Shown: positions 1 to 10,349, counted from the first letter of the stretch. The stretch is DNA of 64,000 nucleotides from Candidatus Dormiibacterota bacterium (GCA_963718525.1 OY970355.1:608001-672000); one strand, 5' to 3'. A program made the numbers and translations. The notes: generated from the sequence alone by a model not told the origin.

Positions 1-797
1 CCGTCAGGCGGTGCGCCGAGCGTGAAGATGGCGCTGCGCAGCTCGTCAAGTGCGCCGGCCGCCATCCGCCGGATGTCCAACACGCGGCGAGCGTTCTCCG
101 AGTCTAGATCCCGCTCGAGCAGCGCATTGACGCTGAGCCCAAGGCTGAATAGGCTCTGTCCAACGCTGTCGTGAAGCCCGGACGCGATGCGGGCGCGGTC
201 CTGTGCGAGCAGGCTCTCGCGTTCCGCGTGTCCGAGGCGTTGTTGGAGGTCCTCGAGCCCCGCAATCATCTCGCGCTGCCGCTCGTACAGGCGGCCGTTG
301 TCGATCGCAACTGCTACCTGATTGGCGAAGGTGGCGAGCAGGCGTTCCTCATCATCGCCATATCCACCCAGGCGATTCCCGGCACCGATCATGCCGATGA
401 CAGTGGCGCCGACCATGAGCGGTACTCCCAGAAAGGTGCGGACCTCGGGATGACCGGGTGGCGTCCCGACGTGGTTCGGGTCCGAGGCAACGTCATTGGA
501 GATGTACGGGCGCTGATCGATGATGGTCACGCCGAAGACGCTGCGGCGCACAGGCATGACGCGGTAGCGGTCGTGAAAGGTCGGATCGGAAGCGAAGAAG
601 CCCTTGACCGCGACGATGTCCATGTATTCGCCGCTTGTGCTGACGAGATCGATGAAGCCGAGCTCGGATCTCGTCAGCTCCAGGCAATATGCAAGCGCCC
701 GTTCATAGATCTCAGGCAACTCCCGCAGGGACGCGATCTCGACGGAAATCGAGTGCAGCGAATTGAGCTGATCGCGGAAGGTCTGATCGGTTTGCAA
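1..797 (-). CDS. GAF-domain sensor histidine kinase (HisKA_3, NarX/DevS-like); 3' end runs off the window
   Basis: Not in the ORF track because it is open at the edge. Minus-strand translation from TTG at 797 (SD AAGGGG) gives a GAF domain (..GTPPGHPEVRTFLGVPL..LATFANQVAVAIDNGRL..) followed by the H-box DRARIASGLHDSVGQSLF. ORF 171..965+ is its antisense shadow. Confidence 0.88.
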   Translation of the reverse strand, partial: MQTDQTFRDQLNSLHSISVEIASLRELPEIYERALAYCLELTRSELGFIDLVSTSGEYMDIVAVKGFFASDPTFHDRYRVMPVRRSVFGVTIIDQRPYISNDVASDPNHVGTPPGHPEVRTFLGVPLMVGATVIGMIGAGNRLGGYGDDEERLLATFANQVAVAIDNGRLYERQREMIAGLEDLQQRLGHAERESLLAQDRARIASGLHDSVGQSLFSLGLSVNALLERDLDSENARRVLDIRRMAAGALDELRSAIFTLGAPPD

Positions 798-1000
798 CGA
801 ACCCCTTGCCGTGGTTACGACGGCTTGGTGATCCTAGCACCGGCCACGTTGCCCCGTCAGGACGGGCCGGGTCCGCAATCCGTGTCTCGCCAATGCCACT
901 GTGGATGCGGGACGGTAACGAAATCCCCCGACTGGGTGATGGAGTTCCACCCGGGTGGGTGGTGACACCCGAGGTCCGGGCTGACACCCTCAGAGTAACG

Positions 1001-1738
1001 ATGGTCATAGACCCCTGCGCCATCCTTGCCGGCTGCGTACCCACCGATCCCAACGGATCGGTGGGTACAAATGCGCCGTCCCCCGCCGCACAGAGGGGAC
1101 CGCTGAGCGGTGACGGCATGTGGCACCACCACTTCAGCGCCGGCTCCGGCGATGTGCATGTCAGGGCCGGTGCACACGTCTTTCGCGCCGGTCACACCCC
1201 GAAAATCGCGCTCCTCGGAGCCGGCCTCGTACGAGTGTTCCTCCTGACATCGGGGGGGCGGCAGTTGACCATCCGCTATGCACGGCAGGGTGAGCTGATC
1301 GGTCTAGCAGGCCACCTTGCTCGCACCGACCAGTGGAACGCCGAGGCGATCACGGACGCTAGTTTGAAGGTGCTGACCATCGAGCAACTTCGGAGCGCCG
1401 CGACGCACGACCCCGAACTGCCATGGCAGATCGCGGAACACGTCGCAACTTGGACCGCCGAGACGCTGCTCTCGATCGCTGATACAGATGGTCAACCGAT
1501 GGCCGTGCGCGTCGCTCGCCACCTTCGCGAAATCGCGCTTCGCGAGCCGGACGGGCATGCCGTTGCACATATCAGTCACCAGCGGTTGGCGGACGCGGTC
1601 GGCACGGTCCGTGAGGTCGTGAGTCGCGAACTGAACGCACTCCGACGGCGTGGCATCATCGAAACATCGACCGGATCGGTGACTGTCATCGATGAGGCTC
1701 GACTCGCCGATCTCGCTGTGGGGCGACTCAGCTCGTAG
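1001..1738 (+). CDS. Crp/Fnr family transcriptional regulator
   Basis: cNMP-binding-like region (GLVRVFLLTSGGRQLTIRYARQGELIG) and Crp HTH (ISHQRLADAVGTVREVVSRELNALRRRGII). Start uncertain (1001 or 1118). Confidence 0.9.
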   Translation: MVIDPCAILAGCVPTDPNGSVGTNAPSPAAQRGPLSGDGMWHHHFSAGSGDVHVRAGAHVFRAGHTPKIALLGAGLVRVFLLTSGGRQLTIRYARQGELIGLAGHLARTDQWNAEAITDASLKVLTIEQLRSAATHDPELPWQIAEHVATWTAETLLSIADTDGQPMAVRVARHLREIALREPDGHAVAHISHQRLADAVGTVREVVSRELNALRRRGIIETSTGSVTVIDEARLADLAVGRLSS

Positions 1739-2051
1739 GGCGGCAACGCATGTCGCCCCCGGCGCGATCGCAGGCACCGACTTGCCATCGCGTTTGTGCA
1801 CAACCCGTGACCCAGATCACCAGCTTCGAGTTTTAGGTCACTCGCGCGTGGAGTTCGATGTGTCCGGGCGGTCACAGTGTAATCACGACGTCCGCGCTGG
1901 GTATCAGGAGGCCTACACCGCCACCCTAATACAGGTGCGTACGGCGCGCGAGGCACCCCGCAAGGCTGGATCGGGTGTTGAGCACGGTGGGGCGTTCAAC
2001 ACATCCGGATCGTGAACAATTGGCAGCCTACAAACGCTAATAGGACGTGCG

Positions 2052-4244
2052 ATGAACAGGCGACACGCTGCGCGTGGCGACCCGCCGGCAGTAGCACTCG
2101 CTCCTCGCACCGGCACGCCCACCCGCCTGGCACGCCGTCTCGACGCAGCCCACGAGGCTGGCCGTCAAGAAGGGCTCCGCCTATATCAGAGCATGTTTGA
2201 GCGCGGGTCGCTGGGGCAGTTGATCGTCGACTTCACCGAGTTTCGCATCCACGTCGCGAACCAGGCGCTCTGCACCATGACTGGATACAGCGCTGACGAA
2301 CTCGTCGAGGCGCCGGTCGGGAAGATCTTCCCAGCCGACCAAAATCCCACGCCCGATGCGATCGAACGTCTGTCCGGTGGCCATGTCGACGGATACTCCG
2401 TCGAGCGGGTGCTGCAGCACAAGGACGGCCATATCTTCCCGATACTATCGACGGTCTCCGCGGTGCGCGATGAGGCGGGGGTACCAGTACAGGCATTGGT
2501 GCTCATGCAGGATTTGACGCAGCACCATCAGGTCAAGGCGGCACAAGCGCGTAGCCAGGCCGTGATTGACGCGGCGGTCGCCGCACTCCCCGTCGTCTTC
2601 ACCACATACGACACCAGCCTGCGGCTGACCTTCGCAGCCGGGGAGCGCGAGCTCGCGGGCATACGCCTCAAAGACTATGTTGGGAAGCACGTTTCGGAGA
2701 TCGCGCCCGATGCAGGGGGACTGTTCGCACTTGAACAAGCGCTTGCCGGATTGCAATCGACGTCCAGGGCGCTATTCAACGGCAGCACGTATCTCACACT
2801 CAACGCCCCGATGCGCGATGACGCGGGTGCAATAATCGGTGTGATTGCCGTATCCAGCAACATCACAGCCGAGGTTTCGGCTGAGGCGGAGCGCCGGCGG
2901 GCCGACGAGTTGCGCCTGTTTGCCGTGCGACACGATGCACTTACCGGCCTTCTCGGACGGTCCGGTCTCGTGGAACACCTCAATGACCTCGCGGCATCCG
3001 GCCAGCTGACCGGCGCCCTGCTCCTCCTCGATCTCGACGACTTCAATCTCATCAACGACAGCCTCGGCCACAAGGTCGGCGACGCCGTATTGCGTGTGAT
3101 CGCAGCACGGATCTCGACGATCTTTCCCGAGTTGGTGGTTGCCAGGTATGGGGCTGATGAGTTTGCGGTGGTGGCACCATCTGTGAACAATCGACTCGAA
3201 GCAGCCAACGCCGCAACCCGCATCTTCGCAACGCTCGAGGACGATGTACAGGTTCACAGTCATCCCCTCCACGTCACCGCGAGTCTTGGCATCGGCCTGC
3301 AGAGGATGCCGCGTGGCCTATCGGCACCGACGCTGATTCGCAATGCGGCCTCCGCGTTGACGCACGCCAGGAGTGCAGGCGCGGGACAGTACCGACTCTA
3401 CGACGCCGCGATGAGACGACAGGTGCGGCATCAGCTCGAAATCCAGGATGGACTGCGTCGAGCGATGAACGCCGGGCAGTTGCACCTGGCGTATCAGCCG
3501 ATCGTCAACCTCTTCGATCAGCGCGTGATCGGTGCCGAGGCATTGCTGCGGTGGAGGCATCCTGAGCAAGGGATCATTCCGCCCAGTGACTTCATCCCGA
3601 TTGCTGAGAAGAGCGGCCTCATCGTGCCGATTGGTCAGTGGGTGATGTCGACGGCGTGCTCGAGCATCCTCACTCTGCAACGCAACCACGGCATCTACAT
3701 CGCAGTCAACGTCTCGGTGCGCCAATTGGCCGGCGACCTCTTCGCGGGATGGGTCGAGGACGTCCTGAGAAGCACTGGGCTGTCCCCCAATGCACTGGTC
3801 GTCGAGGTCACCGAGAGCGCGCTCATGGACGACATCGGACTCACCCGAAGAGCCTTTGAGCGGCTGCGGTCTCAAGGTGTCAAGGTCGCAATCGACGACT
3901 TCGGCACGGGATATTCGTCCCTGGCTCGGCTGCAGCGTCTCCCCGTCGACGTGATCAAGCTCGACCGCGCGTTCGTCACCGATATCGACAATCGGGCCCC
4001 GGCACGATCGATGGCCGCGGCCATTCTTCAGGTGAGTGCAGCGATCGGCGCACGGATCGTCGCCGAGGGCATCGAGACCGATGCGGAGGCTGCCACGCTG
4101 GCTGAGCTTGGGTACACCATCGGACAGGGCTTCCTCTTCGGGAGACCGATGCCCATCGAGGAGCTGCAAGAGCATTTGAGGGCTGACGAGCGATTCTCAA
4201 TCAATCCGATACCGATAGCGACCTCAATGCCGAGCAGGATCTGA
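2052..4244 (+). CDS. PAS-PAS-GGDEF-EAL protein (c-di-GMP phosphodiesterase; cyclase motif degenerate)
   Basis: Two PAS folds, HDALTGL, ARYGADEF (GGDEF changed to GADEF), EALLRW, DDFGTGYSSL, AEGIET. Confidence 0.93.
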   Translation: MNRRHAARGDPPAVALAPRTGTPTRLARRLDAAHEAGRQEGLRLYQSMFERGSLGQLIVDFTEFRIHVANQALCTMTGYSADELVEAPVGKIFPADQNPTPDAIERLSGGHVDGYSVERVLQHKDGHIFPILSTVSAVRDEAGVPVQALVLMQDLTQHHQVKAAQARSQAVIDAAVAALPVVFTTYDTSLRLTFAAGERELAGIRLKDYVGKHVSEIAPDAGGLFALEQALAGLQSTSRALFNGSTYLTLNAPMRDDAGAIIGVIAVSSNITAEVSAEAERRRADELRLFAVRHDALTGLLGRSGLVEHLNDLAASGQLTGALLLLDLDDFNLINDSLGHKVGDAVLRVIAARISTIFPELVVARYGADEFAVVAPSVNNRLEAANAATRIFATLEDDVQVHSHPLHVTASLGIGLQRMPRGLSAPTLIRNAASALTHARSAGAGQYRLYDAAMRRQVRHQLEIQDGLRRAMNAGQLHLAYQPIVNLFDQRVIGAEALLRWRHPEQGIIPPSDFIPIAEKSGLIVPIGQWVMSTACSSILTLQRNHGIYIAVNVSVRQLAGDLFAGWVEDVLRSTGLSPNALVVEVTESALMDDIGLTRRAFERLRSQGVKVAIDDFGTGYSSLARLQRLPVDVIKLDRAFVTDIDNRAPARSMAAAILQVSAAIGARIVAEGIETDAEAATLAELGYTIGQGFLFGRPMPIEELQEHLRADERFSINPIPIATSMPSRI

Positions 4245-4352
4245 TGCCGTACATCAGGGACCGCCCGACAAGTTGACACCCGACGAGATTTGGGCGGGCA
4301 GTCGCGACGTTGCGAGCGATTTGTCCGGGGGTCAGGCGAGTCCTCTGGCGCG

Positions 4353-6662
4353 TTACTGGAACCAGCCCTCCACATCCAGGACGGCATTCACGTTGCCATT
4401 CGCGTTGAAGAGGCGGATATTCCCGCCAGGAGCGAGATGCGACAGGCCGACCACAACCAGGTTGGGGAGCACCGGACCCACGATGTTTAGATCCGAGGCG
4501 TTCGGACGGGGAGTGACGTCGGCTGGATACGCGATGAGGTATGTGCTTGTCGACGGAGCAACTGCCGTGAGATTGGCAATGACGGCGACCGGACCGATCT
4601 TCGGAACCCCCCCAACACCCGCAACGCCGATTGAGAGCGTTGCGTCCGCACCGAGCGTGTGGCTCGAGCATGGCGTAGCGGATCCGACTCGGGTGTCACA
4701 TACCCGGGTCGGACCGATCGCCTGGAATTGGGCGCCGAGCGGGGTCGAGGTCAGGCTGGATCCAAACCACCCATTCGCATCGAGGACGAAGTCGATGGAG
4801 CCGACTGCGTTGTAGACACAGACATCGGTTGCGGGGGCTCCAGTTGCGTCAGCTCCGAGGCTCACCATCACTCGGTTCGCCTCGGTCGCACCACCATTAA
4901 GGTTGATGGTGGATGTGGTGGATGCGGTTGGACACGAACCGTCCGCACGCGAAGGGAACACGCTGAGGTACGTTGGCAGTGTCCCCCCGGTCGCGGTGAG
5001 GTTGAGGACAGCTGCCTGGGCAGTGCCGTCACTCGGGATGCTCGCGGGAGCACCAAAGACGCCGCTCGGGAGGCCGGAAACGTTAACTTTGACCACCGAG
5101 TTCGGGCCGAGCCGATGCCCAGTACCGGTTCCTTGATTGCAGACGTTGGCAGCTTGCCCCGCCCGCGTGTCACAGACGCGCAGGGGCGACATCGCGTGGA
5201 ACTCACCCGCAGGATCGCCACTCGCATTGGGAGCGAAATAGCCCTCGATGTCAGCCACGACGTCGAGAGAGCCGATCGGGTTGAAGATGTTGACGGCCCA
5301 GTTCGGTGACGCGGCGCTCGTTTGCCCCAAGGTGACGGTCACGAGGTTGGGGGTGACTGTTCCCGCGTTGAAGTTCAAGTTCGACGCTCGAGGAAGCGCC
5401 GTGCCGGTCGGATAGATTGTCAGCAGGCCGCCGGTACGACCAGACACTGCTGTCACGTTCATGACGATCGCAGTGGCGGTGGCAGGAACTTGATCGGCAC
5501 CACCCTTGAGGCCGGTGACGCCGGTGATCTGCAAAGTCCTCGTCTGATTCGACGCGAGCCCTCCGGCGCCACATTGCACGCACGTTCGTGCGCGAGTGTC
5601 GAGTATGCGAAATGGCGTGACAGCAACATAACTCGCCAAGCTGGTGAATACGTAGCCCGAATTGGCGCTGAGCGCGCTCGATCCCTTCGACGTCGTGACC
5701 TGCAAGCGGTCGTATCCCGCCGCGTGAGCCGGGGTGGTGATATTGAATGACGTGGTCGTGATGCGCTGTGGCGTGATCGCCGTGCCGCCCAACGAAACCG
5801 TCATCGAGGCTGCGAATCCTGTGCCGGTGACCGTCACTACCTGGCCGCCGGTTGCCGGGCCCGCAGCCGGCGCAAGCGACACAACCACCGGGAACGGTGG
5901 CGTGACCACCACAGCAGGACCGACGGCAACGGCCATACCATGGAACGTCGAGAGCATGCGCGCGAACTGAGATTCCGAGTACGTGTACTGATTGCCCGAG
6001 TAGACGTCGAGCAGGGTTATCGAATGTCCTGGGTATGTACCGAGCACGGTGACTGCATGCTCATGGAGCGTATAAGGAACCTTCCGTCCATCAAACGCGG
6101 TCCACGTGTCAGTGGAATATCCGGCGCCACTGGCGAGGCTTCGAAAATCGATCCAGACGACGACCGGATTCCCGGCTTCAAGTTCAGCTTCAATGGTGGC
6201 CGTGGTCCATCCCGTCTTGGCGACCTCTGTATGACCCACCTCGGTAACCACATTGGCAATAGGCTGGTAGTAGACTCCATACCCGTCGCCGGGAGCGAAG
6301 CCCTCGCGCCCGTTGACGTTGCCGACGAAATCGTCGTAGGGATCGCCCCAGGTGATATTGCCTCCCGTGTCGATGGCGTTTCGGTGATCATCGGGAAGTT
6401 GGTTGAAGATCCAGTTCTGCAGATTCGATGTCCCGGTGTTCACGGCAATTTTTCTTGCGACGAACGCTGCCGCGAGCGCGGCAGCTTCACAATCCAGGTT
6501 CTTGTCTTGGACCGTGAGAAGTGGATCCAGGTTCAAGGGCCCGGGATGCGTGATCGCGGCGACCCGGAGTGGTGACCCTGCGAGACTGACAGCTCCTATG
6601 CTGGCGCCGACGAGTAAGGCGACCAAAATGGTTGCTGCCGAATGGCGCCGATGGCAGGTCAT
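4353..6662 (-). CDS. Secreted C39-like (papain-fold) peptidase with IPT/TIG domain and three PxRxxDTR repeat domains
   Basis: Signal peptide; QDKNLDCEAAAL (Cys), HEHAV (His), LLDVY (Asp); IPT motif GPATGGQVVTVTGTGF; repeats PFRILDTR, PLRVCDTR, PTRVCDTR, each ending DxxGxF. Confidence 0.8.
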   Translation of the reverse strand: MTCHRRHSAATILVALLVGASIGAVSLAGSPLRVAAITHPGPLNLDPLLTVQDKNLDCEAAALAAAFVARKIAVNTGTSNLQNWIFNQLPDDHRNAIDTGGNITWGDPYDDFVGNVNGREGFAPGDGYGVYYQPIANVVTEVGHTEVAKTGWTTATIEAELEAGNPVVVWIDFRSLASGAGYSTDTWTAFDGRKVPYTLHEHAVTVLGTYPGHSITLLDVYSGNQYTYSESQFARMLSTFHGMAVAVGPAVVVTPPFPVVVSLAPAAGPATGGQVVTVTGTGFAASMTVSLGGTAITPQRITTTSFNITTPAHAAGYDRLQVTTSKGSSALSANSGYVFTSLASYVAVTPFRILDTRARTCVQCGAGGLASNQTRTLQITGVTGLKGGADQVPATATAIVMNVTAVSGRTGGLLTIYPTGTALPRASNLNFNAGTVTPNLVTVTLGQTSAASPNWAVNIFNPIGSLDVVADIEGYFAPNASGDPAGEFHAMSPLRVCDTRAGQAANVCNQGTGTGHRLGPNSVVKVNVSGLPSGVFGAPASIPSDGTAQAAVLNLTATGGTLPTYLSVFPSRADGSCPTASTTSTINLNGGATEANRVMVSLGADATGAPATDVCVYNAVGSIDFVLDANGWFGSSLTSTPLGAQFQAIGPTRVCDTRVGSATPCSSHTLGADATLSIGVAGVGGVPKIGPVAVIANLTAVAPSTSTYLIAYPADVTPRPNASDLNIVGPVLPNLVVVGLSHLAPGGNIRLFNANGNVNAVLDVEGWFQ

Positions 6663-6922
6663 GTGCTTGACGCTGCGCTCTTAGCATATCGCGTGCCGAA
6701 CGAGCGGTTACGGTACTCGCTGCGAACGGTACCGAAGTAGTGCGATGTGCGTGGATAGCGAGGCTACCACCAACACAATCAATTACAAATGTGTCTGCGA
6801 GTGGAGCGTGAGACGCCCAAAGCCCGCGCATCACCGCTGCTGGTCAACGAAGAAGAACGGCCGGCTGGCGAACACCGCGTCGACCAAGTCTCGAGCCGCG
6901 TCAAGTCCAGTGACGCTCGCGA

Positions 6923-7366
6923 TCAGACTCGCGCGAGTTCCTCGGTTGCCTGCATGGCTCCATGAAGTGAACGGCCTGATATCGCTTCGATTCGGATGCG
7001 CACCCAGTGCTCAGCCGGAGAACGCAACCAGGAACTCGGGGCGCCCCGACGCAGGATCTCGAGTTCGCTTGGGTCGGTCACCTCCCGAGCGACGCCATGG
7101 ACGAGGACACTCCAACCTTCACGATCCGCCCACCTGCTCTCGTCGGCCTGAAACGACAAATGCCCGCGCAGGCTCAACCATGTGAGCGTGCTCCCCTTGG
7201 CAGTGCAGAAGACGATGTCGCCGTCGCGCACCGTGAAGTTGACCGGCAGGATGATCGCGATGCCGTCGGTCACGTAGCCGATTCGGCCGACGACCACCTG
7301 CTCAAGAAGCTCGAGGCACTCCTCACGGGTGAGGGTTTGGAGGTGAGCTTGCTGGAAGTCACTCAT
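6923..7366 (-). CDS. Pyridoxamine 5'-phosphate oxidase-like flavin-binding protein (Pyridox_ox_2)
   Basis: LTREECLELL..VGRIG..ILPVNF..GWSVLVHG..ISGR pattern typical of Rv0080/Rv3129-like proteins. Confidence 0.88.
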   Translation of the reverse strand: MSDFQQAHLQTLTREECLELLEQVVVGRIGYVTDGIAIILPVNFTVRDGDIVFCTAKGSTLTWLSLRGHLSFQADESRWADREGWSVLVHGVAREVTDPSELEILRRGAPSSWLRSPAEHWVRIRIEAISGRSLHGAMQATEELARV

Positions 7367-7455
7367 TTTGGGGTCTCGGAACTCGCGTGTCTTATGATGG
7401 TCGACGCCTGTTACGCGTACGAGCTCATCCTCGTCGGCGTGCGATGGGATTGGTA

Positions 7456-7622
7456 GGGCCGAACGTCATCAACACACACCTCCAATCGGCCTGCTCACCA
7501 GGGTGCACATCCCCGAGACCGCAAGGAGCAGCGCACCGATCGCGACCTCCAGGTGCTGGCTGGCATCGGTCGAATCCACGTCGAGCGGTCATAGGTCCCT
7601 CTGAATCGGCGACGTTCGGCAC
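7456..7622. promoter_or_regulatory. Three DosR/DevR-like 14-bp boxes in a divergent promoter
   Basis: GGGCCGAACGTCAT (7456-7469), GGGACCTATGACCG (7586-7599, minus strand) and GCGACGTTCGGCAC (7609-7622) resemble the mycobacterial DosR core GGGACTnnAGTCCC. Confidence 0.5.
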
Positions 7623-7657
7623 TGTTTCCGGACGTCACCCGAAGCCATGCTCCCGTC

Positions 7658-7903
7658 ATGAACAGTGATGGATCGTTCGTGATGCTGGACCCGGCAACGG
7701 ACGACGTGCTCGCCGAGTGCAGCGGGCCAACCGTCGACGGCCGCTGTCCGGTGAGCGATGCCCCGCCTTATATGTGCGCGGGACTGCACCTCGTCGGCAC
7801 GCCGGGAACCGGTGGCCGTGGGGTCTCGCTCACGGTGACAACCATGCAGCCTGGACGGTGCCCGCTCTCGGTCGCCGGCAGCGAGGCACCCGACCGCTCG
7901 TAA
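7658..7903 (+). CDS. Small four-Cys hypothetical protein
   Basis: 81 aa, coding-like codon use, ECSGP..GRCP..MCAG..GRCPL; lies downstream of the boxes. Confidence 0.6.
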   Translation: MNSDGSFVMLDPATDDVLAECSGPTVDGRCPVSDAPPYMCAGLHLVGTPGTGGRGVSLTVTTMQPGRCPLSVAGSEAPDRS

Positions 7904-7946
7904 GGGCACCTGCAATAACGGTTCTAGAACACCTGGAGGAACTCCG

Positions 7947-8126
7947 ATGGCGTGGCTCTGGTGGCGGCAGCATCGAGCGGATCGTGCTGAGATGGTCAGA
8001 ATCCGGCTCTATCTCGAGCGGCGCGCAGCGCAACGTCGGCTCGCAGAAAGCATCACCGATGCGCGCCGGCACGACGATGGCATCATCCGCCTGGACACGG
8101 GGTTCGGCAGCGGCTTTGTGGGCTGA
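7947..8126 (+). CDS. 59-aa small protein MAWLWWRQHRADRAEMVRIRLYLERRAAQRRLAESITDARRHDDGIIRLDTGFGSGFVG
   Basis: Below the apparent ORF-track cut-off; strong SD GGAGGA just upstream of ATG 7947; stop TGA at 8124-8126. Confidence 0.6.
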   Translation: MAWLWWRQHRADRAEMVRIRLYLERRAAQRRLAESITDARRHDDGIIRLDTGFGSGFVG

Positions 8127-8430
8127 CCACGTCTCGACCCGGTGCTCGTAGGTAGCGGTGTTTGGCAGTTGAAGGTCACCGACGCCGGCGCGAACCGGTA
8201 GCCGTGCACGAGTCACTACGGGATGGTGGGCAACACCGTCGCGCGCTCAGGACGGGCAGCGCCGCGAGCTCGCGGCATCCAAACACACTCGGCCGCGACG
8301 GGCTAGTCAACGAACGCGAAACCCGCGGCGTTGGGGGCCAGTACGCCGGTTCATCGGGTGCCCCGAGGCCCAGCGTTTCTTGGGACCAATGGCACTTGTG
8401 GAACCATTCCGGGGGGGTGACCATCGAAAC

Positions 8431-8691
8431 ATGACTAGAGCAGCGACGGCGGTCTCCCCAGCGGCGCGGCGGGTCACCGTGCGAGTGGCGTACGGAGCCG
8501 CGGATGTCGAGCGGGCAGCTGATTCGATGGACGTGCTGGTGAGCGACGAAGAGGTAGGGGTGATACTGGAGGCCATCGACGGCGAGCTCGCGACCCTGGC
8601 GGCTGCTGCGACGCGTACCGCAGTCGTGGAGCGGATATTCGACCAGTTGCAGACGGTCTCGAACGCGCACGCGTGTTGCGACGACGACTGA
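8431..8691 (+). CDS. Small acidic hypothetical protein ending HACCDDD
   Basis: Coding-like composition; G-rich SD upstream; DosR-like box GGGACCAATGGCAC at 8382-8395. Confidence 0.6.
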   Translation: MTRAATAVSPAARRVTVRVAYGAADVERAADSMDVLVSDEEVGVILEAIDGELATLAAAATRTAVVERIFDQLQTVSNAHACCDDD

Positions 8692-8878
8692 GCATCTCAG
8701 CAGCCAGGAGTGATGTCCAGCTAACGGCAACGACAGCTGCTGGCGACGGTCTCGATGGATGCGGGTGACGGGAGATCTAGGGCACCGCGATAAGGTGCCG
8801 CGGGCTCGGGGCGGTTGGCCTCCCAGATTCGGGACCTTCGACCCTGGCTGCGATCAGAGGTCTCGGCGGATGATCGTC

Positions 8879-9214
8879 ATGCCACCCGCGCTAGGACGGG
8901 CGGACGGGGAGCCTCCCGGAAGCTCGCGTCGCAGCACCCAACTTGTGAAACAGTACGACGAGTTGCAGAGCCGGGAGACGCTCCCCGCATCGTGTCCGGG
9001 CGGAAACGAGGCAGGCTCGCCCGTCCGCGCTGATGAGCCCGCCTTCTGCCCGTATTCCGAGGAGACGGTCACTGGTTGTCGCCACTACCGCGCGAAGTCC
9101 GAGCACGGTGACTTCGCGGACGCGGCGGAGTGCCAGGCGGTTCTCGTCATCAGCCTATCGAGTCATCAACGCCAGCGCACCTGCAGGCGCCATGGAGCCC
9201 AAACCTTCCCCTAG
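8879..9214 (+). CDS. Cys-rich hypothetical protein
   Basis: FCPY..GCRHY..ECQAV..TCRRH; preceded by box GGGACCTTCGACCC (8831-8844). Start uncertain. Confidence 0.4.
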   Translation: MPPALGRADGEPPGSSRRSTQLVKQYDELQSRETLPASCPGGNEAGSPVRADEPAFCPYSEETVTGCRHYRAKSEHGDFADAAECQAVLVISLSSHQRQRTCRRHGAQTFP

Positions 9215-9387
9215 GGCACGGGCGTCTAGGACGCAGTGACTCGTGAGCAGCTGATGTGGACTCATCCGTTCCGCAATCCGTCGATGATTTCGCTGCTTAC
9301 ATACTCACGCCCATCGAGTGATCCGGCGATGCGCATGCGAGCACCACGACCGTGATCAGGATAGATATGCCTGAGCTGGAGCGGGCA

Positions 9388-9433
9388 TTGACTTCCAGCA
9401 GTGATCGGACTATTGTATCAATGTACTGATACA
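9388..9433 (+). promoter_or_regulatory. Sigma70-type promoter with overlapping YtrA/GntR operator
   Basis: TTGACT (9388) -17 bp- TATTGT (9411); palindrome TGTATCA-N6-TGATACA at 9414-9433. Confidence 0.75.
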
Positions 9434-9467
9434 TCGATACAACCGGAGCTCCGGTGGAGGCCCAACC

Positions 9468-10349
9468 ATGGAAACGTCGCAGCTGACCGCGTCGGGAACG
9501 ATCATTCTCGGCCTCAGCGCCGTTGCCCTGGCTGGGGCCTTCGTGTGGGCGGCGATGGTGCCGAGCGAAGGACGGATCGCACGGTGGTCATCCCACTACG
9601 GTCTCGGGCTCACCGCGTTGAACAGTTCACTGGTAGCGCCCTATCTGCGCAGAACGCGCTCGCTCCAGGTGGCGGGAGGCGCGCTTGGATGGCTGTTGTC
9701 ACCGCTGTACATCACACTGTTCGGGCGACCCTTTCCACTCACCGACAATTGGGCCCTGCTCGCTGTGGCCGGCTATTTTCTCGGCGCTGCTGTGGCTGAG
9801 ATCACGTTTCTCAGAAAGTCGCAGCCTCACTCCAGCGTGCGTGCCGCCGCGCTCGCGAGGCGGGCGCTATCCGATTACATTCCTCGAGCGACGGTATGGG
9901 CGATTAGGATGCTGCCCCTGGCAGGCGTGAGTCTTGCGGTGATCTACGCGTTGGTCCCTGAGAACCCTCAGCGCACCGTCGATCCGAGCGTTGCCTTCAT
10001 GATCGCGTCCTCGCTTCTGGTGGTCGTGCTCGCGGCGCTCATCGAATGGTTTCTGAGAACGATCGTCACGCGGCCACAACCGGCAATCACCAACGATTTA
10101 CTGGCAGCAGACGACGCCATCCGGGCAGCTTCGATTCATTCGCTTGCGGCCGCCGGCATCGCGGTGATACTGCTGAGCATCGGTTGGGCGGCAGTGTCGT
10201 TGGGTGACGTGATCGCCAGCAATGCGTTGAGCGAGCTCCTGCCATGGTTTGGCGTCGCCTGTGATCTCGCTGCGCTGGTAGTGTGGATCGGCCTAGGGCA
10301 CCTCGCGACATGGCGAGTCCAGCGGGGCACGCCGGCGGTCAGCGGATGA
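9468..10349 (+). CDS. Multi-pass membrane protein
   Basis: About 7 hydrophobic segments; SD GGAGG; ATGA overlap with the GntR gene. Confidence 0.8.
   Translation: METSQLTASGTIILGLSAVALAGAFVWAAMVPSEGRIARWSSHYGLGLTALNSSLVAPYLRRTRSLQVAGGALGWLLSPLYITLFGRPFPLTDNWALLAVAGYFLGAAVAEITFLRKSQPHSSVRAAALARRALSDYIPRATVWAIRMLPLAGVSLAVIYALVPENPQRTVDPSVAFMIASSLLVVVLAALIEWFLRTIVTRPQPAITNDLLAADDAIRAASIHSLAAAGIAVILLSIGWAAVSLGDVIASNALSELLPWFGVACDLAALVVWIGLGHLATWRVQRGTPAVSG

Noticed and set aside
171-965. 264-aa plus-strand ORF
   Set aside because: Antisense shadow of the minus-strand GAF histidine kinase; no family motif.
1861-1880. Crp-like site TGTCC-N6-TCACA upstream of the GGDEF-EAL gene
   Set aside because: Only one good half-site; not distinguishable from chance.
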